Source of the DNA: Leucoraja ocellata
Taxonomy: Eukaryota
Assembly: GCA_036785375.1 (NCBI GenBank)
Contig: JAWMAR010000013.1
Coordinates: 9,052,001 to 9,116,000 of the forward strand
Length of the DNA stretch: 64,000 nucleotides
Reading direction: 5' to 3'
Both the position numbers and the translations under genes were made by a program. Below the pieces are notes generated by a model. It worked only from the letters and a program-made list of their open reading frames with translations, was not told where the DNA came from and searched no databases. Positions 12,700 through 25,220 of this stretch are shown piece by piece. Position 1 is the stretch's first letter, and each line of letters begins with the position of its first letter.

Positions 12700-14290
12700 T
12701 TCCTCCACCACACTCACCCAAAATGGCACAGGAGAAACATATTTGTTCACAATTGTACTGGTAGAAATGACCATCACTGTCTTCAAGGAGACCAAGTACC
12801 TTCTTCACTTCAAGATGATCTGCAACTGCACTATATGACATTTTAACCAGATAAAGTTGAATAGACTCGGAACAGAACGAGCAGATCAAAACTGGGCATC
12901 CATGAGGCTGCGAGGATCAGCAGCAACAATGTACACGGCACAATGTGTAACCTCATGGCTTGATGTGACCCATCATCCATCATGACTATGGAGCCAGGTC
13001 ATGAACCCTATTTCAATGAGTGCCAGAAGGCACGCAAGAAACATCACCACACACATCCAAAGCTGAGGGACCAAGCCCCCTGAGGCTGCACCTCAGGACT
13101 GTGAGAGAGTTAAGCATGGCACACAGTGGGGTGATCTCACAGCCAATTGATCAGAGTGACAATCTGCAGCTCTAACCCATTTGGGTTGTGAATGGTGGCA
13201 AATAATTAAAATGGTGACAGGATAAAGAGCCTCTAGAAATTATCCTTACCACCACACATTGGAAGGCAGTGCCCAGTGAACAGGGGAAGCTGAAGCACTG
13301 GCAACCATGTTCAGCCAAATGCCTGCTGAGATCTCTATGGTCGCAGAAGCCAGTCTTAGTCCCCCCACACAATATCACAAAGGAGGGGAATGCCAGTGTG
13401 ATAAAGGAACAGCATGGTTTGGCTCAAGGCACAGCTGGATTGATAGCTCTCACTGGATAGAGGCACAGCCCTGAAGACCAGTGCCCCACAACCAGGCCAG
13501 GCCAATCTGTGCCAGGCCAAGCCAAGTGGCTTCGTCATGGTACTGGCATTCACCTAACCATGCACAACGCTCTGTCCTGGTTACAAAGTGCAGAACAAAC
13601 GAATTCCAGCTCATTGCTACTCAATCAGTCCACACTCAGTCCTCAGTGATTGAAAATGATGTCAACAGGGATATCAGGTGGATTTTGGTTGAAATGTTCT
13701 CACCAATGTCCTGTTTGGCTTTCATCAGCATACACTGCGCCAGATATCATCGCATCCTCGGATCAAAGAACCAAACTCCAGAGATGAGGTGCGTGTGATA
13801 GCCCCCCGTCATCACGACAGAATCTAACCAAGCCTGGCACGAAGAATTCCTGGTTTAACTGATCAATGGGCCTCAAGCAAAAACTACATGAAATCATGCT
13901 GTACACAAGAGATGAATGCAGTTGTTGCAGTTGATCACTGCAGCCCAACTTCATCATGGCAAGGCTGTGACTACAAGCACAGGTGAGAGCATGTCACACA
14001 AGTCATGTCACTCAAAGCCTTTCCATCTTAAATTTGTCAACGGGAAGAATAAGGGCAGCAGGTACCAGGTAAGGATACCACATGCAAGTTCCCTTTCAAG
14101 ATACATTTCCAAGTCAGGATGATGACATACATCACTATTCATGCCCCCAGCAGCACTGTGCAAATACCTTTAGCAGAATAACTACTGCAGAAGTTGGCTC
14201 ACTACCATCACTAGAAGAGTAATTAGCATCATAAGAACAAGAACAAAAAGCCCTGGATTTTTCCCTAAAAGCCATGTCCTAAAATATGAA
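12700..14290 (+). mobile_element. Ancient CR1/Crack-like LINE, heavily decayed
   Basis: Degenerate RT-region sequence (gaattccagc...atcagtc...ccagagatgaggtgcgtgtgatagcccc) and a 3' tail resembling cagcactgtg...ctgcag...gctcactaccatc. Confidence 0.5.
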
Positions 14291-14724
14291 TATAGAAAAC
14301 AACAAATTACTAAATTAGCCTCTCCCTGTAGTGTACAACAAACTGCCTGTCTGAAAGCAGTGAGCCCTTTGTTCTTGCCTCTCCCCAATGGCATCTATTG
14401 AGATAACATAGTTGCTGGCTTATCAGTGAAAACCCCCCACTATCGAAGCATTTAAACACCAAATGTCAAAATAAGATCACTTCAATTTTAAGCAACTACT
14501 CAAAAACTCGAGTTTGAATCAAAATATGAAAAAAATTAAAATCTAGAATACTTTAGACTTCAATACAATTGGATACATTGTTACTCAATAACCACAACAA
14601 TTTGCTGAAACTCGCAGATCTCTATTGGAGGCAGGCTTCACCGCTGAAAGGAAGGAAACCCACTGAACTTCACTACCCGGGATTCCCCCACAGCACAATC
14701 ATTTGTGTAGGTTTTATATTGATT

Positions 14725-14727
<3 letters not shown>

Positions 14728-14803
<76 letters not shown>
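14728..14803. repeat. (TA)n microsatellite
   Basis: About 38 uninterrupted TA units. Confidence 0.98.
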
Positions 14804-14806
<3 letters not shown>

Positions 14807-16449
14807 TGCATTCCCTCGAGGGTAATTTGGCAACCACTAAATGCCATGAGATCAAAGCTTCTCTATATTTGTTAAAACATTAAAATACTTGTGCATATTT
14901 ATTTCTGAATCCCCAGCAGGTCTCTGCCGAACTTGCTTTCCATCACTGACTTCACCGAACCATGATGCAGTTTAGATCAGCACTTCTGCTTTATCTGTAA
15001 GCCATTTTCCACCAGTGACTGCCAGGAAAGCCATCAACCAAAAACCCAAACACGTCCACTGAGACAACACTCTTTGGATTTATCCAACGTGACTGCTTCT
15101 AATTAAATATCTGCCGTAACAGCTTCCTTTGCACATTCATCTTGTGCTGTAGAGAAGAGATCCCTGCAATTAGGTACCATTGTTCACTTTTTATTTAAAC
15201 TTCTCCCCCAAAGTTCTGACATAAGACATGTAGACTACTATGATACAGTACTTCCATTAACCCCCTATTGCTTTCACTGGTGTGGCTGTTGTTGTTTATA
15301 AAGCTGCTCCATGAAGTAATGATAGTTACAGATGCTTTCTTTGTCCTTACCTTTAGAACCAGGTTAAGAGAATCAATTTCAGGCATATAAAATGTTGAAG
15401 AATGCTTAGAAGTATAACTAAGCTTTAACTAAAAGTAATCATCCAACATAAATTTTAGCCACCAACATAATTTCATATAATCATAGTTGGTGGCTAAATT
15501 GAGAATTGACAGACAAACATCTTGCTACTGAGGTGTATTCCCCTTTGTAGAATATGCCTTTGCAGTACACAGAATGGCCCATTGTTGCAAACAATTGTGA
15601 GCTCTTACGTCACCAAGTCAAACATTTTGCAAGGGTTTATCCAATGTGTGGATAAATTAAGTTGTGGAGTTGAGGAAGAAATAAAATAACTTCTATTGAT
15701 ATGGAACCTTTTCAAAATAAAATCTGAAGAGACCATTGAATGATTGACAAATAGCTGAGGATGCATATTTATACCATTTAAATCTGTAATTTCCACAAAC
15801 GTTTTCTGGGCAAGAGCAATTGTATAATTGAGAATCAACATTCCACACATGGAGTCACATTTGAGAAATGATTCTGGGCCGGATTCTGTGCGGGTCAAAT
15901 CGCAGTCTAGAACCAGCTGGTCCCATGTGGAACCCACTGCACTTCCCACCTCAAGAACAATCAAGTTTGAATCTCCGCTGGTTACCCTTCCATGGTCTTA
16001 TGATGTCAGGGTACAGTGCAAACTTGCTCGCGTCTCATCACTCAAACACAAACGAGCATCTGCTGAACCTGCACCAGGCAAGAGCAGCACGCTCGTTGTC
16101 ATGGATAGGAATCGATTCAAGAAACAAGTGTGCTACTCAACAGGCATTTTTGAAGTAACTAAGCTTAAACTAAATCATGTTTCTTTCGTTCTTACATGTA
16201 GTGATATCTCAGATATAGTGAAAAACTGTTCTGCATGTTAACCAGACAAATCATACTATACTCAAGTACATGAGGTAGTGCCAAAAAATGTAAACAATGT
16301 ACAGAATATCATGTTACCGCTTCAGAGCATCATGTTACCTTGCTATCGCAAGGCTGCAACAAGGTAGATTGGATGATCAGAAATTCATCCATAGCATACA
16401 AATTGTTCGGTTTTAATTATTGTTCATTTGTAAGTTTACAAATGTTTCA

Positions 16450-17660
16450 TATATTAGCAAATGGTTAGGAGTTCCATGGTGTCTTTGTATGTGGCTTTAT
16501 ATGGGAAAGGTATTCTCCATTTACATTGTCTAGCCTAACAGAGGAGTTTAGGTGTGCTAAGGTGAGGTTAGAGTTGCAATTATCAGGGAGTAATGATACC
16601 TTAGTTAGAAATCTGGTGCTAAGTGTAAACAGAAGGAGGAAGTTGAACTCAAGGCAGGCAGTAGAAGAAGCAAGAGCAGCTCAGAGGCAAGGGAAAGGAG
16701 GCTTGGGGCTCAGCACAGTGAAACCAGTGTGGAGTAAGGCAGGTCCAACAGAGAGGAGGAAATTGATTGTAGAGCAGGTACGTTGTCAGTGAGCCTGCCT
16801 GTTATGGTCAGTTAGTCAGTGGATAGTGTATTTAATAGAACTGCCGGTGCCTTGGGAGAACTAAGTGGATGAGACTTATGAAAGGAAAAGGCTTAGATAT
16901 GTAGAGTTGGCAGCAGAAGTTCAGCAGCGAGGATGGAGAGCAAGAGTACGTCCTGCAGAGGTGAGTTGTAGAGGTTTCATAGAGATCGACCACCTCGCTA
17001 TTTGGAGTGCCAGGAATTCGTGGACAGAGTTGGTGTCAGACTATAAGCAAATGTCAGAGGCAGCAGAGCAAGGCAGTAGGTGGATTTGATGGAGAAAAAA
17101 GTGTCAAGAAGGAACTGCAGATGCTGGAAAATCGAAGGTAGACAAAAATGCCGGAGGAACTCAGCGGGTGCAGCAGCATCTATGGAGCGAAGGAAATGGG
17201 CAACGTTTCTGGCCGAAGAAGGGTTTTGGCCCAAAACGTTGCCTATTTCCTTCACTCCATCGATGCAGCCGCACCCGCTGAGTTCCTCCAGCATTTTTGT
17301 CTACCTAAGAAATAGTGTCAGTTGGGGGCAGAAAGGAAACGTATGACATTCAGTATGTGCATTTCTTTGTAATTGTAGTCTGTGCTAGTGTTAAGTCTTA
17401 TGCAAGGGCGATATCTGTGGTGTTACAAGTTTAATGTTGGGATAGGATTAGTGGAAGATAGGATGCAGGTGTTTAGAATGTGTTAGAGTGAGCTGATTGA
17501 CTGCAGCTTCCTTTATTTAGTAGATACAGTACTGGTATTGAGGGGGTTGGTCTGGGACATCAGAACCAACTGTTGAGCCTGTCCGAGGTGTTGAGGGTCT
17601 AACTCAACAAAACACCAATGAAGAGAGGTGCTCACTTGATAACCCCAATGATACACTTGC
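16450..17660 (+). mobile_element. HERO/R2-like non-LTR retrotransposon 3' fragment with restriction-like endonuclease
   Basis: Peptides ISKWLGVP, SSLTEEFRCAKVRL, GKGGLGL, ERRKLIVEQV and LIELPVPWE..DETYERKRLRYVELAAEVQQRGWRARVRPAEVSCRGFI. Internally deleted and interrupted by a hairpin element. Confidence 0.8.
17107..17305. mobile_element. Penelope-derived hairpin element nested in HERO-like fragment
   Basis: ggtagacaaaaatgccggaggaactcagcgggtgc / gcacccgctgagttcctccagcatttttgtctacc arms; near-duplication aa(a/t)agtgtca on both sides. Confidence 0.85.
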
Positions 17661-18567
17661 ATCTACAGGATTCGTTTAAAAAAAAAAGAGAATTAATATG
17701 TAGGTAGCTGGGGTTTTTTTTTTTGCATATGGAGTCATTTATTGTAAGTTGGTGTATTTAGTTAGATAATACTTTTGTTTTGGGCTTGGTTTTCTTAGTT
17801 GAGCGCTTATCCTGGAGTTATAGCATGTACTTTGTGTTTTAATTGTAATTCAGGGGGATAGTGCAAGAATGTAGCATTTAGCTACATTTCAGCCAACAAT
17901 GTATTGAATTGTTAAAGCAGTACAAGCAACTGACTGGTTTCTATTTCTAATGTTCTAGTGTTAAGTATTCACAGTGCAACATTTGGTAGCCAGCTAAACC
18001 TGAATGGTGGCTAAGCTGCCTGTCAATGTTTATCAGTGCTTCTGTGGCTAGTACATTCTCTGCTTCCACTTCTCCAACATCTCCCATCCCTATCGTACCA
18101 CAGGCTCTGCTACTTCGAATTGGGGATGCTCCAGGCAACAATCTGAATTAGATAGATCAGGTAAAGGCAAGTCTGTGATGAACACACGGGGCAGCACAGT
18201 TAACACATTCTGGTCAGAAGGTAGTACTTAACAGTACTTACAGAAGGTAGTATTAATAGCCATAAATATCAGAAATATTTAAAGAGTGTTGAGTAAAGCA
18301 CAGCTTTGTTTTCTGTTGAGCACATGTTGGTGATGAGTGGCCCATGATGGAGTCACTCCAGGGACCACAGCACCTGACAAGGTGTCAGGGACCAATGCAG
18401 TTAAACTTCTGCCACCAGCCCAAATGAGGCTGGACAGGCCGAGATCATTGTTGGCTTCACGACTGTCCCGCCAGTATTTAGATATGATGATCAGAAAGTG
18501 CAGTTGGTTAAAGAAAAAAGTTTGCTCTCCTTCACCACTGAGGTGAGATTACTCAAGGATATTTTGC

Positions 18568-18727
18568 TTCTTCACTTTTAGTGTGGTTACTCAGAAATAC
18601 TTGGTCAGTCATCTATGGCCTTAAACAATTGATGTAAACAATGGTTCACACCAATTGTTGAAGGCGATACATGACTGACCAAGTATTCATGAACAACCAC
18701 ACTTAAACTAGCACTAAAAGGGAAAAG
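18568..18727. repeat. Old ~150-bp palindrome (MITE-like)
   Basis: gtgtggttactcagaaatacttggtcagtcatctatggccttaaacaattgatgtaaac versus gttcacaccaattgttgaaggcgatacatgactgaccaagtattcatgaacaaccacac, with a 4-nt loop. Confidence 0.85.
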
Positions 18728-18871
18728 ACTTGCCAGCTACTTGCATGCTGAGACAGGACTTTTGTCAAAGTATGACTGAAGGAATGGGAAATTTAATAGA
18801 TCTGCACTGTAATCATAGTGTCTTTCTTGCTCTCTTTACCAGCAAAGTCATGAAGCAAATTCCAAAACGTA

Positions 18872-19050
18872 AAATTGCATATCTTTCATTCATTGTTCTT
18901 TATCTCTCCACATCACCATGTATATCTTTCGTTTCCCTTATCCCTAACCAGTCTGAAGAAGGGTCTGGACCTGAAACGTCACCCTCTCCTCTCCAGAGAA
19001 GCTGCCTGTCCCACTGAGTTACTCCAGCTTTTTGTGTCTATCTTCGGTTA
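18872..19050 (+). mobile_element. Penelope terminal-repeat fragment with intact minimal hammerhead core (18953..18980)
   Basis: CTGAAGA-A-GGGTC-TG-GACCT-GAAA-CGTC followed by the family arm ...gagttactccagctttttgtgtc. Confidence 0.8.
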
Positions 19051-21064
19051 AAAAATATTGAGAGAAGTTTGAGAGAACTTGTACAATTTTTATTCATAAA
19101 ATGGGATTATGAGTATCACTTTGAACTGCAGCATTTAGTACTGTTTGTGCTTTGCAATTTAAAGGGAAGTCAACATTCATCAACTGCGCTGTGGGCCTGG
19201 AGTTACATCGAAGGCAAACAATATACTTTCTTAAAGGAGATAAGAACAAGTGGCTAATTTCATCATTGATAACATGTGCTTGTTTTTTTTTTGTTTTTTA
19301 ATCATAGCACCAGTAACTGAATGTAAAGGGCCCATCTTGATGGTAACCAAATGTGCTTTAATCTCAAAGTCTCTCGACTTTGTTCAATGTTTGAATTAAG
19401 CAACAAACTAAGTCCATATTCTGGTATCTTTAAACTGTGTGCTGTTTGGTCACAAGTGCAACAATAAAAATTATCATTGTCTGAAAAACATTTTGGTTTA
19501 TTTTCAGATGGCCACATTTATTTGTACATATAACAACTTCCTACAGAATAAATTTCAGAGAAAATTCATTGTGGCAGTATGAATAACCAATAAATTGGTA
19601 ATGAGAATTTTAACCGAAAAATAAAAGTTGTTTCAAAGTAACAATCTTTACAAAACATTTCTAGGATGTCAAGGATTATTAAGCAATTAAATCACTGCTC
19701 TTTAAACAACTGTTATGAAATAAAACAAAAATCTCTTTCATAAAGGAAGTAAAACTGGCACTAAACAATGAAGCAATGTTCAGTGCAGCTTTGGTCAGGG
19801 TCAAATGGGCCAACATATCCTCCAGTACGAAACATATGCTCAAGGAAAATAAGTAAACTTTGAAATCATTGAACTCGATCATCACAGATCAATTAAACAT
19901 ATTGATTGCTAACCTCTGAGCCTTTAGTCAATAGGATTGAATGTCATTTAGTTTGTACAGGTTATTCGGAGAGGTGAACTTAGTATTTCACCCTGCAGTG
20001 AAGTGTTCATTTTAAGCTCATGAATTCAAATCCTTAAACTGAAGAACACCTTATGATAGCTCTGTGGATGAATTGATTGGGACATATAGACTACTATTTC
20101 ACCACATTTTGCACACTTCAACATTTTTTTTCCTTTCAGCTGAAGGACACCCAAGTGAGATATGAGCTTTTCAATGACACAGGACACACTTGGTGTTGTG
20201 AAAAACTGCTGGTCTCACTCTTTTCTTTGCCAGGACTGATGAAAATTATCACGAGGCTGACTGGCTGACTTGATTTTCTTTTTGAATGCTTTGAAAAAAC
20301 TTTTTTTTTTTTTTAAAAAGCTACATCAACAACAATCCTTAACAAGTTAATAGTCAGTTCATCATCTGAAATAATAAGCCTCAAAGCTGACCAACAAGTT
20401 TTGTTCTTTTCTCAGTCCTATATTGATAAATTCGCATCTGGATATTTCTTTGTAGCTTGAAAAGTTCAATAAAAACAAAAAGGTACTTTTTCGGGTTTCT
20501 TAGCAATATATTTAAGAACCTAGATGGAACTTATTCAATTAACAAAAGACAGTGATTATTCATTCTGTGTAACAAAGCCAAGAAAATGTAGGAATGCCAG
20601 ATACAGCTAAGCTCTTTTTGAAACTTTACATAAATGCATTTAACTTGGCAAACAGCTGCTTTTGGGTCTTTATCTGCTAGAATAACATGGCAATATTTAG
20701 ATTTAGATAAATGTATTATATAATAGGATATATTTTCATTTTATCTGACTGGAATTGCAGAATGTAGTTTATTCAGTAAGTGATGTTATCTGCTTACTGC
20801 AACCATCATAGATATTCAGATAGCCTTACAATTCTAGACAGAGTAACAAGTGAAATAAAAATGAATTAAAATTTATGTGGATTGAAATGTACAGGTTAAA
20901 TAATGTTTCTCTGGTCATAGCTGAGAGCCCTCTAATGCAAGAGAGCTGTTTAAGCATTACCCTGGCACAATGATCTAATCTCTCCCTTGCTAGGGAGATA
21001 ATGTGACCCCCAGAATGCATAAAGTCACCCAAAAAGCGAACAAAAGCAGGTCTAAAAAACATAG

Positions 21065-21276
21065 NNNNNNNNNNNNNNNNNNNNNNNNNNNNNNNNNNNN
21101 NNNNNNNNNNNNNNNNNNNNNNNNNNNNNNNNNNNNNNNNNNNNNNNNNNNNNNNNNNNNNNNNNNNNNNNNNNNNNNNNNNNNNNNNNNNNNNNNNNNN
21201 NNNNNNNNNNNNNNNNNNNNNNNNNNNNNNNNNNNNNNNNNNNNNNNNNNNNNNNNNNNNNNNNNNNNNNNNNNNN
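21065..21276. other. Assembly gap (212 N)
   Basis: Run of N. Confidence 1.
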
Positions 21277-22265
21277 GTTGGCACATCTGGACTGCAATGC
21301 CACAGCTGAGGGTGAACAATGACTCTTGGCAAGTGGCCAAATTGCTTGCAGATGCTAGCAGGTTTGATCCACAGCCACCCTACCGGCATTTTATGTGAAT
21401 CAGATTTCTAGGAGCTAAATGCTCCTCTGCCATATTTTTTTTTGCTGCTCTTATCAGCCCCACCGAATGTGGCCTTGAGACAGCTGATCCATGTCCTTTC
21501 CCACTTTATCTATTCAAACTTTTAATAAAACTTCACGTTTCATCTCCACAAAGTTAATTTAATCTTTGACAGATTTCACACTCGGAAAGGAAAATTGTTG
21601 GGTTTATAATCTGATGGCATTTTGTGGATCAAATGTCAACATCAAACTTTTACACTCGACAACTGTTGTTGGCTTTAAAGCTGACAGCAACCCGAGTAGG
21701 TTAGAAACTATTATCAGGCAAGAATAGAGGGGTAGACTTTACACATATCAGTGGGGATAGGGGTCAAGGAAAGAGCGTTCATGTCGCGGCCCTGTTTCCA
21801 CCAATCTTTCCACCACCACGTACAAGAAGCGCAAGTAGCGCAAGACAGACACCATTGTATGCAGATGCCGAGAAGTGTATTCAGCTCTGGCTGAACATAT
21901 TCTAATCTTGTGTGTGGATTCGATAAGAAGAAGTGGGGATAAGAGATCAGTTGTGAATTTTGTTTTCTGTTTGATAGTGGGATTTAAAATTTATAGTCCA
22001 AGACAAAAGCATATTCAGAATATAAACACCTTAAGCATTCTTGACCGTTTTACATGTGGCAGTAATTATTTATTTTTACTAATTTGCAATCGCTTGCAGA
22101 AAAATCATAATATCATCAATTTCTGATTTTCACATCCATACTTGTTGTGGACATTAGGATTAAACTGTCGGTTTTTGGTGAACAATTTAGTTTTCCATAC
22201 GAAGTAGTCTTATTGTCGAAAGGTACTCTGGAAATTGTACAAATAGTTACTGTTGAAAGAAAGGT

Positions 22266-22390
22266 GTCTGAAGAAGGGTCCCGACCTAAAACGTCACCTA
22301 TCCATGTTCTCCAGAGGTGCTACCTGACCCGCTAAGTTACTCCAGCATTTTGGGTCTTTTTTTGGTAAACCAGCATCTGCAGTTTCTCTT
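22266..22390 (+). mobile_element. Penelope terminal-repeat fragment (single arm)
   Basis: tctgaagaagggtcccgacctaaaacgtcacc...cagcatctgcagtttc; GAAA of the hammerhead core mutated. Confidence 0.8.
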
Positions 22391-22614
22391 TATTACAGCT
22401 CCAAGTCTTAATGCAGAAGGTGTTTTTGGACTCTCAACACATATTCCTGAAGGTGATCATCCCAAACTGCAGCCAACATGCACTGATGACAGTAACTGAA
22501 GGGATGTCCCTGGACTGCATTCACAGGCTCACACCACCAGCACTGCAGTGCTGTGCATTCAGGCCATGCAGAAGTAGTTTAGAAAATGTTGCCGCGCATA
22601 CTGTAGTCTCTCCC

Positions 22615-23712
22615 TTAGGACCACCCGGTTGCCAGCCATTTCAATTCCGTCCCCATTCCCACATCAACCTGTTAGTCCTTGGCTTCTTCCACTGTCAGAG
22701 CGAGACCAACTGCAAACTCAAGGAACAGCACCTCATATTCAACCTTTTGTACACTGCAATGAGACAGCATGAGCATTCAATTTCTAATTGGGTACTGATT
22801 GGGGATGATCAGCCATGATCACATTGAATGGCGGTGCTGGCTCGAAGGGCCGAATGGCCTATTGCTGCACCTATTGTCTATTGTCTAATTTTAGGTATCC
22901 TGCTTTCCTCGCTCTCTATCCACCTGGATCTTTCCATGAATACCATCCTTACCTCCATGCCCTTACAGTCCCATCGCTTTCAGTGCCGCTACTGTTCTGA
23001 TCGACCCACTCCACCACACCGTATTTGGTCCCAACTGAACATTCTCACATCAGATTCGATCTGCAGACCCTGATCTCTGTTGTTTTCGTCTCCATCTTTC
23101 TTGCCTCTCTCCGGTTCCATCCATTAATCCAGCCTTCATCTGGACCCACTTATCGCATGCTAGTTCCTGCCCCAATCTTTCACCTCTTTACTCTGGCCAT
23201 CTCCCCTCTCATTCTTTGAATCTGAAATGGTGTCAAGTTGGGAAAAGAGGAAGTACAATGAGATCTGGGTGTCCTTGTTCATTAGTCACTGAAAGTAAGC
23301 ATGCAGGTACAGCAGGCAGTGAAGAAAGCTAATGGCATGTTGGCCTTCATATCAAGAATAGTTCAGTATAGGAGCAAAGAGGTCCTTCTGCAGTTGCACA
23401 GGGCCCTGGTGAGACCACACTTGGAGTATTGTGTGCCGTTTTGGTCTCCGGATTTGAGGAAGGATATTCTTGCTATTGAGGGAGTGCAGCGTAGGTTCAC
23501 AAGGATAATTCCCGGGATAGCGGGACATTCATATGTTGATAGAATGGAGCGGCTGAGCCGAATCCCCTATTGTCTATTGTCTATAAATCAGAGGAAGGAT
23601 CTCAACCCAAAACCTCGATAGTGCACTTCCCCCCACAGATGCTGCCTGACCCACGGAGTACCTTCAGCAGTTTTTTTTACTCCAGATTGCAGCAACTGCA
23701 ATTTTTTGTCAA
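22615..23712 (+). mobile_element. Penelope 3' portion (GIY-YIG C-terminus plus terminal repeat) with two nested CR1 pieces (22790..22885 and 23219..23585)
   Basis: HSHINLLVLGFFHCQSETNCKLKEQHLIF is typical of the Penelope endonuclease tail. The short CR1 tail is flanked by tctaatt. The second CR1 piece (RALVRPHLEYCV) jumps directly to its ctattgt tail. Confidence 0.8.
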
Positions 23713-24259
23713 TCTTTTCAACCATATTCGTCTATTCTTTGAAAAATACCTCCAGGGACCACTTTCTCTTAATATCATTTGAAAACCCGTACCAATTAGT
23801 CCTGAAACGAACCAACTCAGCTCCCAACATACCAGCTCTTGGCTATGGTTTACTGGAATTGCCGTGATGGATGTTAAAGTAAGCTTGTTTGTCTCTTAAT
23901 GCACATGCAGACAATCTGCAGTCTGTCTTACAGGAAGAACTTTCAGAAGATTGATGAAATTACTTTCACCGTTGTATCATTTCTTCAAAAAGTCAATGGC
24001 ACGTTAAAATGAAAGAAAAGATAATTTCATAATCTTTCAGTCACTATTCTGAATACATTGGCTACACATTATTAACAGCTAAAGGAACCAATGCCTGGTT
24101 CACCGATGGACTTACTGGAGAATTATTCATCTCATTTTTCATTAACCCTTTTGCTAATTGATCAATGCAAGAGATCTGTACAAGAGTATTAAATAGCACA
24201 CTCAGTGACCAAATGACTGATAAATGACATAACCAGAGTGCCAGTTGAGGGCAGAATTA

Positions 24260-24585
24260 CATAAGACAGTACAGCACATGAACAGGCCTTTTGGCCCACA
24301 TTGGCTGTGCCAAACACGATGGCCAGTTAAACCATGTCCTCTGCCCACACGTGATTGATACCCCTCTATTCCCTGCATATCCGTGTACCGATCAAAAAGC
24401 CTCTACAATGTCACTAACATATCTGCTTCCACCACCATCCCCTGGCAGTGCGTTCCAGGCACCCACTAATCTTTGTAAAAAAAAAACGTGCCTCACAAAT
24501 CTCCTTTAAACTATGTCCCGCTCACCTTAAAGCTAAGCCCTCCAGTCATTGATATTTCCACCGTGAGAAAAAGATGCTATCTGCT
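24260..24585 (-). mobile_element. CR1 LINE 3' end
   Basis: Same family as 11108-11455 (aacaggccttttggcccaca...tctcctttaaact...ttaaagcta..ccctccagt). Confidence 0.8.
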
Positions 24586-24927
24586 AACACCAAAAACAAA
24601 GCTTTTATTCTGTTGGAATTCTGTTTTCTCCCCATGTTTGTTTTATACTTTTTCTAAAATGTTTACCCTCTTTACTTTTAGTATTAAAATCTTAGCTCTG
24701 GCAACTTTCTGTAGTACATTTAAGGCTCCAACAATTGCAGTGGGGAAAACATACAAGTGGTAATCAAGTTTGCCCTTCTCCACTCACCAGTGGATGTTGG
24801 TACCGGCCGAGCAAACACCAGAAAGTTCAGAGCTTCCCACAGTGAGGTAGATGTCCTGAACTTGCTCGCCGAGTTCTGTCTCTATCCTGGTTACACTCCA
24901 AGGTTGCAGTACAAACTATGCACATTA

Positions 24928-25220
24928 GTTAGAGTCATAACGTTATACAGCACAGAAACAGACCCCATGGTTCAACTTGCCCATGCTGATCAAAACGCCC
25001 CGTCCCACGTTTGGCCCATATTCCACTTAACCTTTCCTATCCATATAGCTGTATAAATATCTTTTAAATGTTATAGTAACTGCCTCAACAATCTCCTCCG
25101 CAGCTCGTTCCATATAGCCACCATGCCTCTGTGTGAAAAAGTTAACCCTCAGGTTCCTATTAAATCGTTTCCCCTCTAACCTATGCCCTCTGGTTTGAAT
25201 CCCCTGGTCTGGACAAAAGA
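24928..25220 (-). mobile_element. CR1 LINE 3' end, second subfamily
   Basis: agagtcata..atacagcacagaaacag...cagctcgttccata...gtgaaaaagttaaccctcagg; homologous to 54500-54850. Confidence 0.75.

Noticed and set aside
14569-14883. IY-repeat ORFs
   Set aside because: Translation of the (TA)n microsatellite.
15454-15498. 13-bp inverted repeat tttagccaccaac / gttggtggctaaa
   Set aside because: Real but short, with no TSD or other support for a function.
20826-21398. Long ORFs of 83-187 aa
   Set aside because: Artefacts of reading through the 212-N gap.
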